A stretch of 64,000 nucleotides of DNA from a virus. Lineage: Duplodnaviria; Caudoviricetes. The stretch's first letter is position 1. Each line of letters starts with the position of its first letter. This document shows, one piece after another, positions 1-10,695 of this stretch. The stretch covers positions 1 to 64,000 of the IMG/VR virus record IMGVR_UViG_3300017791_000207. The stretch is one strand, 5' to 3'. A program made the position numbers and the translations under genes. The notes below the pieces were generated by a model. That model ran no database searches. It was not told the origin of the DNA and saw only the letters and a list, made by a program, of their open reading frames with translations.

Positions 1-1
1 T

Positions 2-1810
2 CTAATATTAGACAATGGTAATTCTATCAACACTCTTTCAGGGATTATAAAATCTACCCAAGACCTTATTAACAGGTTAAAAAGTATCATTCAAGATAAA
101 TTAAGACTTTTCTCTAACAGGAACATAAATCCTTTGGTAGATACTGCTATTCGTACACTTGACCAAAATAATCCAAATACAGATATTCTTAGACAAGTAC
201 AAGAGATAGAAGATTTTCAGATTGCACCTGCTACAAGAAGGGAACAACAAATAATTGGAGAAATCAAAGACCTATATAAACAGATTGATGATTATTCCAA
301 ACAAATAGCTGCCAAACAACAAGTACTTGATAGAATTAATCAAGATTTATTTCCTATCTTAAACCCTGTCGAGGACGAGAAAGTATTAGAAGATGTAAAA
401 CCTGTTCAAGAGGTAAATCCAACTCAACCTACAATAGAAGAAGATGGAATACCAACAGAACAACCCAAGAATGAAATACCTGATGAACCAATCATACCAA
501 AGTATAACAGAAACCAAGATAAGAAAGAAACGAGCGAAGATGATGTTAAAAAGCCTTTACCAATTCTCTTTAAAAGTACCGTTATACCGAACATTAAAGA
601 AGCAACTTGGTACAAGAGGTTTGACAACTTTACAAAAGGCTTTAGATTCCTAACTTCTCGTCAGAAGGCTAATTCTCGTGCTATCTATGTAACTGCCAAT
701 AATGAAGAAGCCCTTGGTTTAAAAGGATTGATTGAAAGCACCACAGGAGATTTCTACGAGAAAAATGATATTTCACTAACTGATACAGACCAAGGTAGGA
801 TTCTTACAGTTATTGTAGAAATTGATCCTCAAACAGGTCAACATTACTTCGTTGATTCAAGAGGTAATCGTCTTAGCGAAGTTGGTAAGGAAGCTGACAT
901 TACCAAGGTTGTTACTGCTCCAATGCCAAACACCTCTGATGAATGGGAGAATTATGCAGGACAAAGATATGCTGATAGACCAGGATATAAAATTGAAGAT
1001 GAAGTAGCCTCATATAAGAATAAGAGACAAGCTATTTTCAATGGTGAATATGATAATAAACCAATTCCATTTGAAGTTTCAAGAGGTAAAGAAGACAAGA
1101 ATATCACCAAGCCACAGAATGTAGTTGATAAGCTTATTTCGAAAGACCAAGTTGCTCAAGTAGGATTACTTCAAATCAAAGGTTCAAGAGAAATTAACAA
1201 TGTCGCAGGTGAACCTATCAAAGGTCTACTTCCAACAGATGTAATCATAAACAATGGAGATGCCATAGAAAAAGTCTACACTCATAATCTTGATGCAGAC
1301 AATATCGCAAATCTATTTACTTCTCTTGATAAACGTGCTGACCAAAGAGTAGTAGATTTTCTACAAGGTCAACTTTATATGAAGGAAGGGTTGAATTGGA
1401 TTAACCTTGATACTAAAACAGCTACCTTAAATGGTAAGGATTACAAATTCAATGATTCACAAGGTATCAAAGAAGCTTTAAAAGAGCAAGCTCACCATAT
1501 CAATAGAGACCTACTCAATAGTAAAGAATCATTTTCAGAAATGATTGCCGACCAAGATGGTAATCTGACTGAAAGATCATATCAAAATTATCAGGCTTAT
1601 CTTATTTCACCTAAAACTGTCGAAGGAGAAAATAGGACAGCTCCAATATATACATTTGCCAATAAATTCACTGATAAGTATATTGTTCTTCAAGACCAAT
1701 CTAATCAAGGCGAAAAACAAGAGGATAATCAACCACAAGCACCTTCTGAAGTAGGAGAACAAACAATTATCACTCCCGAAGGTCTTCCTGAAATAAATTT
1801 GTGTATTTAA
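2..1810 (+). CDS. Large virion-associated protein, C-terminal part (5' truncated by window edge)
   Basis: The frame of ORF 134..1810 is open back to base 2. Acidic Q/P/E-rich linkers; lies next to another giant ORF, as in crAss-like internal virion/ejection gene blocks. Confidence 0.55.
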   Translation, partial: LILDNGNSINTLSGIIKSTQDLINRLKSIIQDKLRLFSNRNINPLVDTAIRTLDQNNPNTDILRQVQEIEDFQIAPATRREQQIIGEIKDLYKQIDDYSKQIAAKQQVLDRINQDLFPILNPVEDEKVLEDVKPVQEVNPTQPTIEEDGIPTEQPKNEIPDEPIIPKYNRNQDKKETSEDDVKKPLPILFKSTVIPNIKEATWYKRFDNFTKGFRFLTSRQKANSRAIYVTANNEEALGLKGLIESTTGDFYEKNDISLTDTDQGRILTVIVEIDPQTGQHYFVDSRGNRLSEVGKEADITKVVTAPMPNTSDEWENYAGQRYADRPGYKIEDEVASYKNKRQAIFNGEYDNKPIPFEVSRGKEDKNITKPQNVVDKLISKDQVAQVGLLQIKGSREINNVAGEPIKGLLPTDVIINNGDAIEKVYTHNLDADNIANLFTSLDKRADQRVVDFLQGQLYMKEGLNWINLDTKTATLNGKDYKFNDSQGIKEALKEQAHHINRDLLNSKESFSEMIADQDGNLTERSYQNYQAYLISPKTVEGENRTAPIYTFANKFTDKYIVLQDQSNQGEKQEDNQPQAPSEVGEQTIITPEGLPEINLCI

Positions 1811-1851
1811 CTTTTTTATTCAAATAAATTTTGTAGCTTTGCTCAAAAAAG

Positions 1852-2070
1852 ATGACAAATTCATATATAGACTCCGATGGTTCTGAATATATTTTTTCAA
1901 TGAACTTTTATAAAAGAGAAAAAGATTCTAATATTGTGAAACCATGTTATATTTCTGATATACCTTGTAAATTAAGAAGAGATATTATTGAAGTATATAA
2001 ATTTAGGATTAAATTTTATGGTGAAAAACCTACAATTTATCAAAAGATAAAAAACTTTTTAGGAATTTAA
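1852..2070 (+). CDS. Small hypothetical protein with its own promoter
   Basis: 72-aa ORF; TAGCTTTG (-7 box) at 1834-1841. Confidence 0.5.
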   Translation: MTNSYIDSDGSEYIFSMNFYKREKDSNIVKPCYISDIPCKLRRDIIEVYKFRIKFYGEKPTIYQKIKNFLGI

Positions 2071-2082
2071 AACATTATAACA

Positions 2083-5000
2083 TTGGCTTGTCCTGTAAAT
2101 AGAGAATCTATAAAAGAAGCACTTAATAATAAAGTGCAGGAATTATTAAAGACACAAACCCCCACTGAGATTAATACTCTTTTTGGGGATGATGTGTTTT
2201 ACGAAGGTACTGAAATACAAATACCTAATGAACTAATAGATAAATATGAAGATACTTATGAAAGTCAACAAGGAACTTTAGAAGGTAATCAAGCTTATTT
2301 ACAGATTCGTGACGCAGTGATGCCTAAATCTTCTCCATTATCTATCCGTAAAGTTCAGATAATGCTTGATAGGATGGGAGTAACTGTTAAATCTCTCACA
2401 GACCTTGTAGTTAATGGTAAGAAATTAGATGTAAATGGTGTTGCTCTATCATTGCAGTCGCTTGTTGCAGTAGCAGATGGTAAGATTCAAGAAGCACTTC
2501 CTGAAGAAGCCTTTCACATAGGTATTGAATTACTTGAACAAAAGAACAAAGGTTTGGTAAATCAGATGCTTGCTCAAGCTACATCTCTACCTATTTGGAA
2601 TGAAGTGTATAATCAATACAAAGATACCTACAATGATAATCTTCGCAAGATAAAAAAAGAAGCAATTGCCAAGCAACTTGTAATTGAACAAAATAATCAA
2701 GAAACTACTAAAGTCAAATCATGGTGGCAGAAAGCCCTTGACTTTTTAAAAGGGTTATTTAACAGTACAGAAGTAGATTTAAATCCATTTTCAGATGCAC
2801 TGAATATTCTGACTAATGGCGATATTGGGACAGTAAGAAATACACTACTTAATAACTTTGATTATCTCAAAGAACAAAATATAACAGATGAAGTTGCTCA
2901 GACAATTGTTCAGATGGCTAATTCAGACATATCTGATTCATCACTTCAAGAGGCTGTTCAACAGATAGTACCTGAACAAGGTTTTTATCAATTAGCTAAT
3001 TCCGACACATTTTCTAAACTGACAGCAACAAAAGATGATACAGGAACCACTGATATAAAAGACGATGTAGAGAATAGATTCAAACAAGAGTATGGTAATT
3101 CCAACACTTTTGTTCAGGCTTGGAATGAATTTAATAACCAAGATACAGCAGATGGGCATAAGGATGCAATGGATGTTATCAGAAGATATATTGATCCAAA
3201 TGGTAATGCAAGAGAAAATCCACTGACAGATATAAATCCATCATCAGATAGCTATGATGAAATTGAGAACATAGTTGCTGCAAAAATAGCCGTCTTTCCA
3301 TCAGGTACAAAATTCTCTGTTAATCAAACTCTCATAGACCAAACAACCAAGAGAAAAGGTCAGGTAGATTTAATGGCTGTAACTCCATCAGGTCAAGTTT
3401 CAACCTTTAAGTTCCTTGCTTCTGATCAAAAAACTATTAATTCCAATAAAAGATCTGCTTTCTCAAAATATATGGGTGATATAAAAAGTATCATCCGTCA
3501 AGGGTATGGAATCAGGGATCTTGGAGATAATAGGATTATTCCTTTGGTGATGGGAGCTGATACCCAAACTGATTTTGAGAAAAGTACCTACCTTGAAATA
3601 GCTCCTGTTACAGACAGAACAAATATAAAGGCTGTGAATGACCTTCTATCTAAACTAAATGGTCAACTTGATAAACTCAGAAGTACAAATGGTAAAAGGG
3701 AACAGAAGAAATTAGAAGTTACATCCAATAAGATAGTTGAGGCTATCAATACACTTCTTGTAACAGGTTCATTTGATAAGATAATTGGTATTGGACAAGC
3801 TGCAAATACCGATGCTGAAAATCTTCTTAAAAGTTTTGATACAAGAAAGAATGATAAATCTTATTTCAGGGATTTGTCAAATACACAAGATAATCTGACT
3901 GCATTAGATGAAATGAATCTTATCATCAAGAAAGCCTCTAAGTCAAGTGACGAACTATTCCAAGGTAAGAAGCAAAGCACCAAGAGAGCTAACAAAGTTT
4001 CAGAAAGAAATAGAGAGTTACTTGATGAGTTGAATGACAAGATGGATATCATCAACAATCAAAATGCTGAAAAACAAGGAGTAAAAAATGTATTGAATGC
4101 CGAGACTGTTGTAAGTTGGGGAACAAGGATGTTTAAAAGACTTTCTGAAGCTCAGACAAAAGCAACTCAATATCTTTATAAAAGAGTTTCTGAACTTGAC
4201 CGAAGGATTGAAACTACACTTACGTCAAGGCTTGGTGAATTAAAAAACCTTAGAACTGAGGCTATACAATGGGCTAAACAAAACAATGTCAAAGAATCAG
4301 AACTTCTAAAACAAATCCAAAAAGAAGGTACATTCCAACTCATAGACCAATATGACAAAGAGAAGTTTGTAACAGACCTTACTAAGGCTCAGGAAGATGG
4401 TGATAACAAAGCAGTTGATGATATCATAGATAAGAAAGCTTATGATACCTTTGTAGAAGGAGAAAGACAGAATAGATATTTTGCTATTGATAATGATGTA
4501 TCAGCAGATGAAGAAGAAAAGCAAAAACAGAAAGATTTATTTGAAGAAAAATATAGCCCATACAATACGGATAACTATCACATAAAAAGATTCATATCAG
4601 ATAAATATTATACCGATCAGTATAAAAAACTTTTGCAGAAAGGAAACGAACCTATCTATAAGATGTATGAGTATGTCCGTAACTTAAATGATAGAGCAGA
4701 AGCAGCAGGAGCATTACAAGAATGGCAATCCAAAACTGTTATTCCTCAAATAAGGAAAGACTTAGTTGATAAGCTTGTCTTTGGTGGAAAGATTCAGCTT
4801 GGTGTTAATACATTTAAAAATCTTGCATCAGGTTCAACAGATGACTTTAAATATGGGGCAATTGATCCTTTGACAGGAGAAATACTAAATAAAATACCAT
4901 TCTATTACATCAGAGACTTAGGTTCTATTCAAGAAGATGGGACTAAAGATTATAAGAATGTATCTACTGACTTCTTTAAAGTCATGGGTATATATGAGCA

Positions 5001-6753
5001 CCAAGTTACCAAATATGAGGCTTATTCTGATATTGAGGCAGAAGTATCCCTTATGTTAAAAGGTGAGAGAATGAAAGAGTCTCTTGCTACTAACAGGTTT
5101 GGATCAGTTATCGAAGGTAAAGCCAATAACCAAAACAATGATATAAATGCCAAGTATTTTCAGAATTTCATCAATGCAAAGATTTATGGGCAGAGAAATG
5201 TTGATTCACAATTTGACAAAAAATTAATTCAGATCTCACTCACAGGAGCCAAGAAATTAAACCAATTAGCAGGTAGAGAAATAGTCAATACAGATTATGA
5301 CAAGCATTATATCACAGCAACAGGTCTGATTGATAGTATGAACAAATTCTTCCAAATGAAAGTCCTTGGGTTGAATCCTGTTGTATCCATTTCAAACTTT
5401 GTAGGTGGTAATATGCAAGCCTTCATAGAAAATGGTAGATATTTTCGTAAAAGAGAATTCATAAGTGCGGAAATGGAATATTGTTCTAAGAGATGGGATG
5501 CAAAGACAATAGGTTTTCTTGATTATTTTGACTATCTATACGATGGTGAAAGAACACGAGAACTAATTCACCAACTTACTTTTAGTAAAATTCTAAAAAG
5601 TTCAGTCCAAGAATACTTATATTCATTCCAAAAGATTTCAGAGAAACCTTTGCAAGGAGCATTTGCCTTAGCATTAGGTAGAAATACAATAGTTCAAGAT
5701 GGTAATTTGGTTAATATCCGAGAATACTTGAAAGGACAAGATAAATACAAAGATATTTATAATCTTCCTACTAAAGCCCAAAGAGATAACTTACAAAAGG
5801 AATTTGAAAGAGATGTCGAAGAATTAAAGAAACGTTCAATATTTGAGATTGCTACTTTTGAGAATGAAAAACTCGTCATACCAGGTATTGAAAGAAACTC
5901 AGAAGAAGTCTCACGTTACATTGAGTTTAACCATCAGCTTGTACGTCAATCTACAGGAGGGGGTAATAAGGATGATTTAAGACAAATAAACCTTACGATG
6001 TTAGGCAGATCAGCGATGACTTTCAAAAATTGGGTGCCTGGGCTTCTATCTAATCGTATTTCTTCACTAACTTATAATGTTGGTAGAGATACTTATAATA
6101 TGGGTAGATGGACTGCATTCACACAAAATGTAGGATTAAATTTAGCTAAATCAGGTCAAGACTTATATGGTATTATCTCAGGTAATGACAGAGGTATTCA
6201 GATAATGAAAGAGAGATATCAAGTTGAAAAAGAGAAATACCTTAATAAGACAGGTCAGGATGATTTTGAAACTCAGTTTACAGAAAGGGATTTTATAGAC
6301 ATGTATCGCCAAGGTATCAAATCAACTATGCAAGAAGCTCTTATGATGGCTTCAATCATGGGTATGATTGCTTATGTTGGTGCTCATCAACCTCCGAAAG
6401 ATCAAGAGGTTAAACTTGGAGGGTGGAAATGGTTTATGAGATCTTTAAATAAAATTGAAGATGAACTTGGATTCTTCTATGATCCTCGTCAGATGATCAA
6501 TGCGGCAAATGGTGGTATGATTCCTGCCGCAGGAGTTGTAAAAGATATGATAAAATTGTTAGATAATTTTAGAAGAGAAGTAGGAGGTCAGATAAATGGA
6601 GATGAAGAGGCTCAAAAAAGAGCAAGACCTTTGAAATATGCAATGAAAGCTTTTCCTGTTGTGAAACAATTAGATCAATTCTTTGTGGTTTTTACCTCAG
6701 AATTTGCCAAAGAATTAGATGTAGATATTGATTATAAAGACCAAGTTAGGTAA
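2083..6753 (+). CDS. Large internal virion/ejection-type protein (1556 aa) with degenerate zincin-like and PD-(D/E)xK-like segments
   Basis: LPEEAFH (HExxH-like) and GQVDLMAVTPSGQVSTFKF (nuclease-like) motifs, long helical regions; size and context typical of crAss-like cargo proteins. Confidence 0.6.
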   Translation: MACPVNRESIKEALNNKVQELLKTQTPTEINTLFGDDVFYEGTEIQIPNELIDKYEDTYESQQGTLEGNQAYLQIRDAVMPKSSPLSIRKVQIMLDRMGVTVKSLTDLVVNGKKLDVNGVALSLQSLVAVADGKIQEALPEEAFHIGIELLEQKNKGLVNQMLAQATSLPIWNEVYNQYKDTYNDNLRKIKKEAIAKQLVIEQNNQETTKVKSWWQKALDFLKGLFNSTEVDLNPFSDALNILTNGDIGTVRNTLLNNFDYLKEQNITDEVAQTIVQMANSDISDSSLQEAVQQIVPEQGFYQLANSDTFSKLTATKDDTGTTDIKDDVENRFKQEYGNSNTFVQAWNEFNNQDTADGHKDAMDVIRRYIDPNGNARENPLTDINPSSDSYDEIENIVAAKIAVFPSGTKFSVNQTLIDQTTKRKGQVDLMAVTPSGQVSTFKFLASDQKTINSNKRSAFSKYMGDIKSIIRQGYGIRDLGDNRIIPLVMGADTQTDFEKSTYLEIAPVTDRTNIKAVNDLLSKLNGQLDKLRSTNGKREQKKLEVTSNKIVEAINTLLVTGSFDKIIGIGQAANTDAENLLKSFDTRKNDKSYFRDLSNTQDNLTALDEMNLIIKKASKSSDELFQGKKQSTKRANKVSERNRELLDELNDKMDIINNQNAEKQGVKNVLNAETVVSWGTRMFKRLSEAQTKATQYLYKRVSELDRRIETTLTSRLGELKNLRTEAIQWAKQNNVKESELLKQIQKEGTFQLIDQYDKEKFVTDLTKAQEDGDNKAVDDIIDKKAYDTFVEGERQNRYFAIDNDVSADEEEKQKQKDLFEEKYSPYNTDNYHIKRFISDKYYTDQYKKLLQKGNEPIYKMYEYVRNLNDRAEAAGALQEWQSKTVIPQIRKDLVDKLVFGGKIQLGVNTFKNLASGSTDDFKYGAIDPLTGEILNKIPFYYIRDLGSIQEDGTKDYKNVSTDFFKVMGIYEHQVTKYEAYSDIEAEVSLMLKGERMKESLATNRFGSVIEGKANNQNNDINAKYFQNFINAKIYGQRNVDSQFDKKLIQISLTGAKKLNQLAGREIVNTDYDKHYITATGLIDSMNKFFQMKVLGLNPVVSISNFVGGNMQAFIENGRYFRKREFISAEMEYCSKRWDAKTIGFLDYFDYLYDGERTRELIHQLTFSKILKSSVQEYLYSFQKISEKPLQGAFALALGRNTIVQDGNLVNIREYLKGQDKYKDIYNLPTKAQRDNLQKEFERDVEELKKRSIFEIATFENEKLVIPGIERNSEEVSRYIEFNHQLVRQSTGGGNKDDLRQINLTMLGRSAMTFKNWVPGLLSNRISSLTYNVGRDTYNMGRWTAFTQNVGLNLAKSGQDLYGIISGNDRGIQIMKERYQVEKEKYLNKTGQDDFETQFTERDFIDMYRQGIKSTMQEALMMASIMGMIAYVGAHQPPKDQEVKLGGWKWFMRSLNKIEDELGFFYDPRQMINAANGGMIPAAGVVKDMIKLLDNFRREVGGQINGDEEAQKRARPLKYAMKAFPVVKQLDQFFVVFTSEFAKELDVDIDYKDQVR

Positions 6754-6828
6754 AATAATTAAACTCCCCAAAATAAATAGGTTAAGTATTTCTTAAAATG
6801 AAGTATTTAACCTATCTTTGTATTATAT

Positions 6829-7560
6829 ATGTCTCACTTACAATTGACACTTTCATACAATCGAGCAACTCTTCTTTCAAGAGCTTTGTATGCTTATTTA
6901 CAACAAGATTGCGAGGGTAAAAGTACAATGTTAATCTTCAATACAGGTAAACCATATGAATTAAATATCGGTGATTTACCTCCTAATAAAGAAGTAATTC
7001 TCATAAATTCAGATAAAGAATACAATTCCGTTGGCGAAAAGTATGTTGAAGCTATGAAATATATTCCCGAAGATTGTACAACCATTAACTTAAAAGATGA
7101 TGATGACTTCGATACTTCCGATGGAATGAGGAGAGCTTTAGAAGGATTACAAAAGAGTGGAAAGTCAGCATATAAATCAGCTAAATCCTATTTTCATTTC
7201 CAAGGTAAGATTACCCAAGAAGGAAACAATTTAGAAGGTTCTATATTCATGAAAATTGAACACCTTCGTAAGTATGGATTTCACACAGAATACTCAGTTA
7301 AATATCATGATGCATGGTTATTACCACTTCTTCAAAATAAGGATATTCAAATAGATGAAAACTGTAAACCATATTTTGTTTATGATTGGCACTGTCCTAC
7401 ACCAACCTACAAAATGAGTGGCCTTGGTGAAACAGAAGCAAACTTTCAAAATTCACAATTAATTTCAAATGATTTCGGAAATGGTATTCTTACACCAAAT
7501 CCTGTAAATTACCATAAAATTTTAGAAAAATGTCTATCCACGGATATGCCAAGAAAATAA
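6829..7560 (+). CDS. Glycosyltransferase, GT-A fold (GT2-like)
   Basis: N-terminal TLSYNRATLLSRAL..LQQD and KDDDD (DxD) motifs; TATCTTTG promoter box at 6813-6820. Confidence 0.75.
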   Translation: MSHLQLTLSYNRATLLSRALYAYLQQDCEGKSTMLIFNTGKPYELNIGDLPPNKEVILINSDKEYNSVGEKYVEAMKYIPEDCTTINLKDDDDFDTSDGMRRALEGLQKSGKSAYKSAKSYFHFQGKITQEGNNLEGSIFMKIEHLRKYGFHTEYSVKYHDAWLLPLLQNKDIQIDENCKPYFVYDWHCPTPTYKMSGLGETEANFQNSQLISNDFGNGILTPNPVNYHKILEKCLSTDMPRK

Positions 7561-8540
7561 CCATAGGTACTGTAAGTGTATTTGATTGGTCTACATTTAC
7601 TACCAAACTTCCTCCTTCAAGTGAGGCATCTTTGTGGTTTGTGGTGGATAGACCTGAGTGTGAATGTCCAACTACAACTTCGACCACATCTACCTCTACA
7701 ACTGTTGTATCCAAGAAAATAGAATTTGTATTTGATAATACTTCCGAAGAAGACCCTAATATGGATATAACAGATATGACAGTTACCTATAATTCAGGTG
7801 CTAATTATCTTTATAATAATGCAGATGTTGATGTTTCAGTAACACCATTTAATACGGGGTTATTTGATTATACACCAACTGTAGATTTAAATCAGCCTGT
7901 TGTAATGAATTTTACAATGCCATCACTTGCAACAGCGACTCAAACATCAGTTTATAGAATTGTAGGAGCTAACCCTATTACACTCGTTGATTTATTCAAT
8001 ACCACGGCAGGATCACCTGTTGCAAGGACTTATAGTGTTAGTACAACAGATATAGTAGTAAGTTACAGAGTTCAATTTGATAGCCCAGGAGCCACAACCA
8101 CGACATCTACAACCACAAGTTCAACTACTACGAGTGCACCACATACTTTAATAATAAGAGTTGCTAATAACACAAGTTATTCCCCACTTCAAGTTATCTC
8201 ATTTCATTATGTGAATAGTTCTGATGGAGTGGATTACTTTGGTTCAACACCAACTACAATACCTATGGGAGGTACTGCTGATATTTATACAACGACACTT
8301 GTAGATGTCAGTCAACCTCTTATTGATATTGATTTTAGGATTACGGCCTCACTTGAAATGGATACAAGCCTACAATCTTTGAATTCTGGTACAATGGCTA
8401 ATACACCAAATTCATCAACACAAACTCACCATTTAAATGGTCTTGGTGGAAGTGGAGATGACCATGCAGCATACACAAGCTTTAATCTTGGTGATATTAC
8501 TGCCTCAACTACACTATTATATTTAAATTTGACTACATAA
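7530..8540 (+). CDS. Thr/Ser-linker-rich virion surface/decoration protein
   Basis: Two mucin-like linkers (PTTTSTTSTSTT; ATTTTSTTTSSTTTS) separate a small Cys-containing N-terminal module and two beta-rich domains. Confidence 0.55.
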   Translation: MSIHGYAKKITIGTVSVFDWSTFTTKLPPSSEASLWFVVDRPECECPTTTSTTSTSTTVVSKKIEFVFDNTSEEDPNMDITDMTVTYNSGANYLYNNADVDVSVTPFNTGLFDYTPTVDLNQPVVMNFTMPSLATATQTSVYRIVGANPITLVDLFNTTAGSPVARTYSVSTTDIVVSYRVQFDSPGATTTTSTTTSSTTTSAPHTLIIRVANNTSYSPLQVISFHYVNSSDGVDYFGSTPTTIPMGGTADIYTTTLVDVSQPLIDIDFRITASLEMDTSLQSLNSGTMANTPNSSTQTHHLNGLGGSGDDHAAYTSFNLGDITASTTLLYLNLTT

Positions 8541-8572
8541 TACTTTAAAAAGTCCCTAATAACTACATACTG

Positions 8573-9601
8573 ATGAAAAATCTGACTGCTGTAATAGCTG
8601 TATCCAATGTTAAATCTCAAATTTATCAATTGGAGATGTTATTTGAATCCATGCGAGAGTTCAATTTTAAATATCCTGTACATCTATTGGTATATAAAGT
8701 TACGGAGCAAGAACCTTGGATGAAGGAGTGGGATGAACTTAATACACTCTACCCTGAAATTCAAATCTTCAAATATTCCGATAATGATTCTCTCAAAGGA
8801 CTATTAGCAGCATATCATAACCTACATAGGTTCTTTTCTCTAAGAGAACATTTCAAACAATACAACTTAGATGCAATCTTATACCTAGATTCAGACATCA
8901 TATTTACCAAAGAATTAGATATAGACGATTTAATACAAGACGATATAAACTATGGTGCAGATATAAACTCATATAACAATTGGACATATTTTACAGGTAA
9001 ACGTTCAATGGTAAGACCTGAAAAATTACAAGATTGGGATACTAATAAACCCCTTAATAAGATATGGGATAGTTTTAACCTTAGTGAGGAAGTATTGAAA
9101 TCATTTGATGATCAAACAGCAGGAGTTCCATTCCTATTAAAAAATATAACTTGGGAGTTTTGGGAAGAATGTTTATATGAAACAGTACCTCTAAAGAAGA
9201 CTTTTGACGGATTAAACCAAAAATATATCAAAGGTAACACTCCTCAAGAAAGGTCTAATAATGGATGGCAATCTTTCTGTGTTGATATGTGGGAAATTAT
9301 CTTTAAATACCTTGGTAAGGGGGTTGAAATGAAGATAGATAGGAGATTGGACTTTGCGTGGGCAACATCAGATATTTCAGAAATAAACAGTAAAGGATCG
9401 GTTCATAATGCAGGTATAACCCCTGAAATGCAATCATATGCCTTTTACAAAGGAAGATATATTTCAGGTATAGTATCACCATTTGATGAAATTGAAGAAC
9501 CTTATTTAGAAGCTTTACACAACAGTACTCTTGCACAACGATATGCCTCTTGGTATTATTTAGACTACCTTATTAAAGTACGAAACAAAAATCATAGATA
9601 A
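8573..9601 (+). CDS. Glycosyltransferase, GT-A fold, resembling protein O-glycosyltransferases (HPAT/SGT1-like)
   Basis: ILYLDSDIIF (DxD), GWQSFCVDMW and late HNAG motifs. Confidence 0.65.
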   Translation: MKNLTAVIAVSNVKSQIYQLEMLFESMREFNFKYPVHLLVYKVTEQEPWMKEWDELNTLYPEIQIFKYSDNDSLKGLLAAYHNLHRFFSLREHFKQYNLDAILYLDSDIIFTKELDIDDLIQDDINYGADINSYNNWTYFTGKRSMVRPEKLQDWDTNKPLNKIWDSFNLSEEVLKSFDDQTAGVPFLLKNITWEFWEECLYETVPLKKTFDGLNQKYIKGNTPQERSNNGWQSFCVDMWEIIFKYLGKGVEMKIDRRLDFAWATSDISEINSKGSVHNAGITPEMQSYAFYKGRYISGIVSPFDEIEEPYLEALHNSTLAQRYASWYYLDYLIKVRNKNHR

Positions 9602-9602
9602 A

Positions 9603-10694
9603 TTGAGAACATTTACAGTTGGAGAAAAGATAGGTGAAAATATTTTATTAGAATATTTAGGACGAGAAGGAAAACATCATATGGGAATGTTCGAATGTTT
9701 AAAATGTTCTAAACCTTATAAGGCAAAAGTTTCTATAGTTCAAGCAAAAGATAAAAAATATTGTGGATGTTATAATCACAATATTGGAAACACTTATGGT
9801 AAAACAAGTAGTTATATTAAATTAGGGATTGATGCTAAAACTTCTGAATATCATGCATGGAATGCAATGAGACATAGATGTAATAGTCCTAAAAATAGAG
9901 ATTATCATAAATATGGGGCTATTGGAATAACCGTTTGTGAGGAGTGGAATGATGTAAAGACAGGGTATATAAAATTTTTAGAGGATATGGGTAATAGACC
10001 ATCAAATAAACATGGCCTATACAGAATAGATGTTACAAAAGGATATTCAAAAGAAAACTGTGAATGGATAATGGATTGTGAAAAAGCTGTTAAAACAAAC
10101 AAATTCAAAAGTTATATTTACGAAGGTACTGTTTATAGCAGTAGAGAAATTTCAGAATTATTTGGTCATAATATTACAATGGCAAATGAATATGAAAGAA
10201 AAGGATTATCAGATGATGAAGTTATTGAACAATTAAAATTATCTGCTGAGAAGAAAAAGAAATTAGCAGCAAGAAGCAAAGAAGAAAGGAAAATTTTAAA
10301 TAAAATAAGAGTAAGTGTTAGAGGAAGACTTCACAAAGCTTTAGATGAAAAATTAAATAAAAAGAAGAATGATTATACTAAAAATATATTAGGGTTGGAT
10401 ATGGAACAATTCTTTTTATACTTAGAATCTAAATTTGAAGAAGGTATGACTTGGGATAATTATGGTAACAACGGTTGGCATATAGATCATATTATTCCTC
10501 TTTCATGTGGAGATACCGAAGAAGAAATTTATCTTTTATCTCATTATACAAATCTTCAACCTTTGTGGGCTGAGGAAAACCTCAGAAAGAATGCAAAATT
10601 AGATAAGAGTTTAATTCCGAAACTCACTGAAATTAAAGAAAAAGCAAAACAAAGAGAAATTAAAAAATTTTTATTAACAATTCAAAACAAATAA
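9603..10694 (+). CDS. Free-standing HNH-type homing endonuclease, bipartite
   Basis: N half: CxxC..CGC, EYHAWNAMRHRC, YGAIGITVCEEW, RID..KGYSKENCEW. C half: GMTWDNYG..WHIDHIIP...HYTNLQPLWAEENLRK. Confidence 0.8.
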   Translation: MRTFTVGEKIGENILLEYLGREGKHHMGMFECLKCSKPYKAKVSIVQAKDKKYCGCYNHNIGNTYGKTSSYIKLGIDAKTSEYHAWNAMRHRCNSPKNRDYHKYGAIGITVCEEWNDVKTGYIKFLEDMGNRPSNKHGLYRIDVTKGYSKENCEWIMDCEKAVKTNKFKSYIYEGTVYSSREISELFGHNITMANEYERKGLSDDEVIEQLKLSAEKKKKLAARSKEERKILNKIRVSVRGRLHKALDEKLNKKKNDYTKNILGLDMEQFFLYLESKFEEGMTWDNYGNNGWHIDHIIPLSCGDTEEEIYLLSHYTNLQPLWAEENLRKNAKLDKSLIPKLTEIKEKAKQREIKKFLLTIQNK

Positions 10695-10695
10695 A

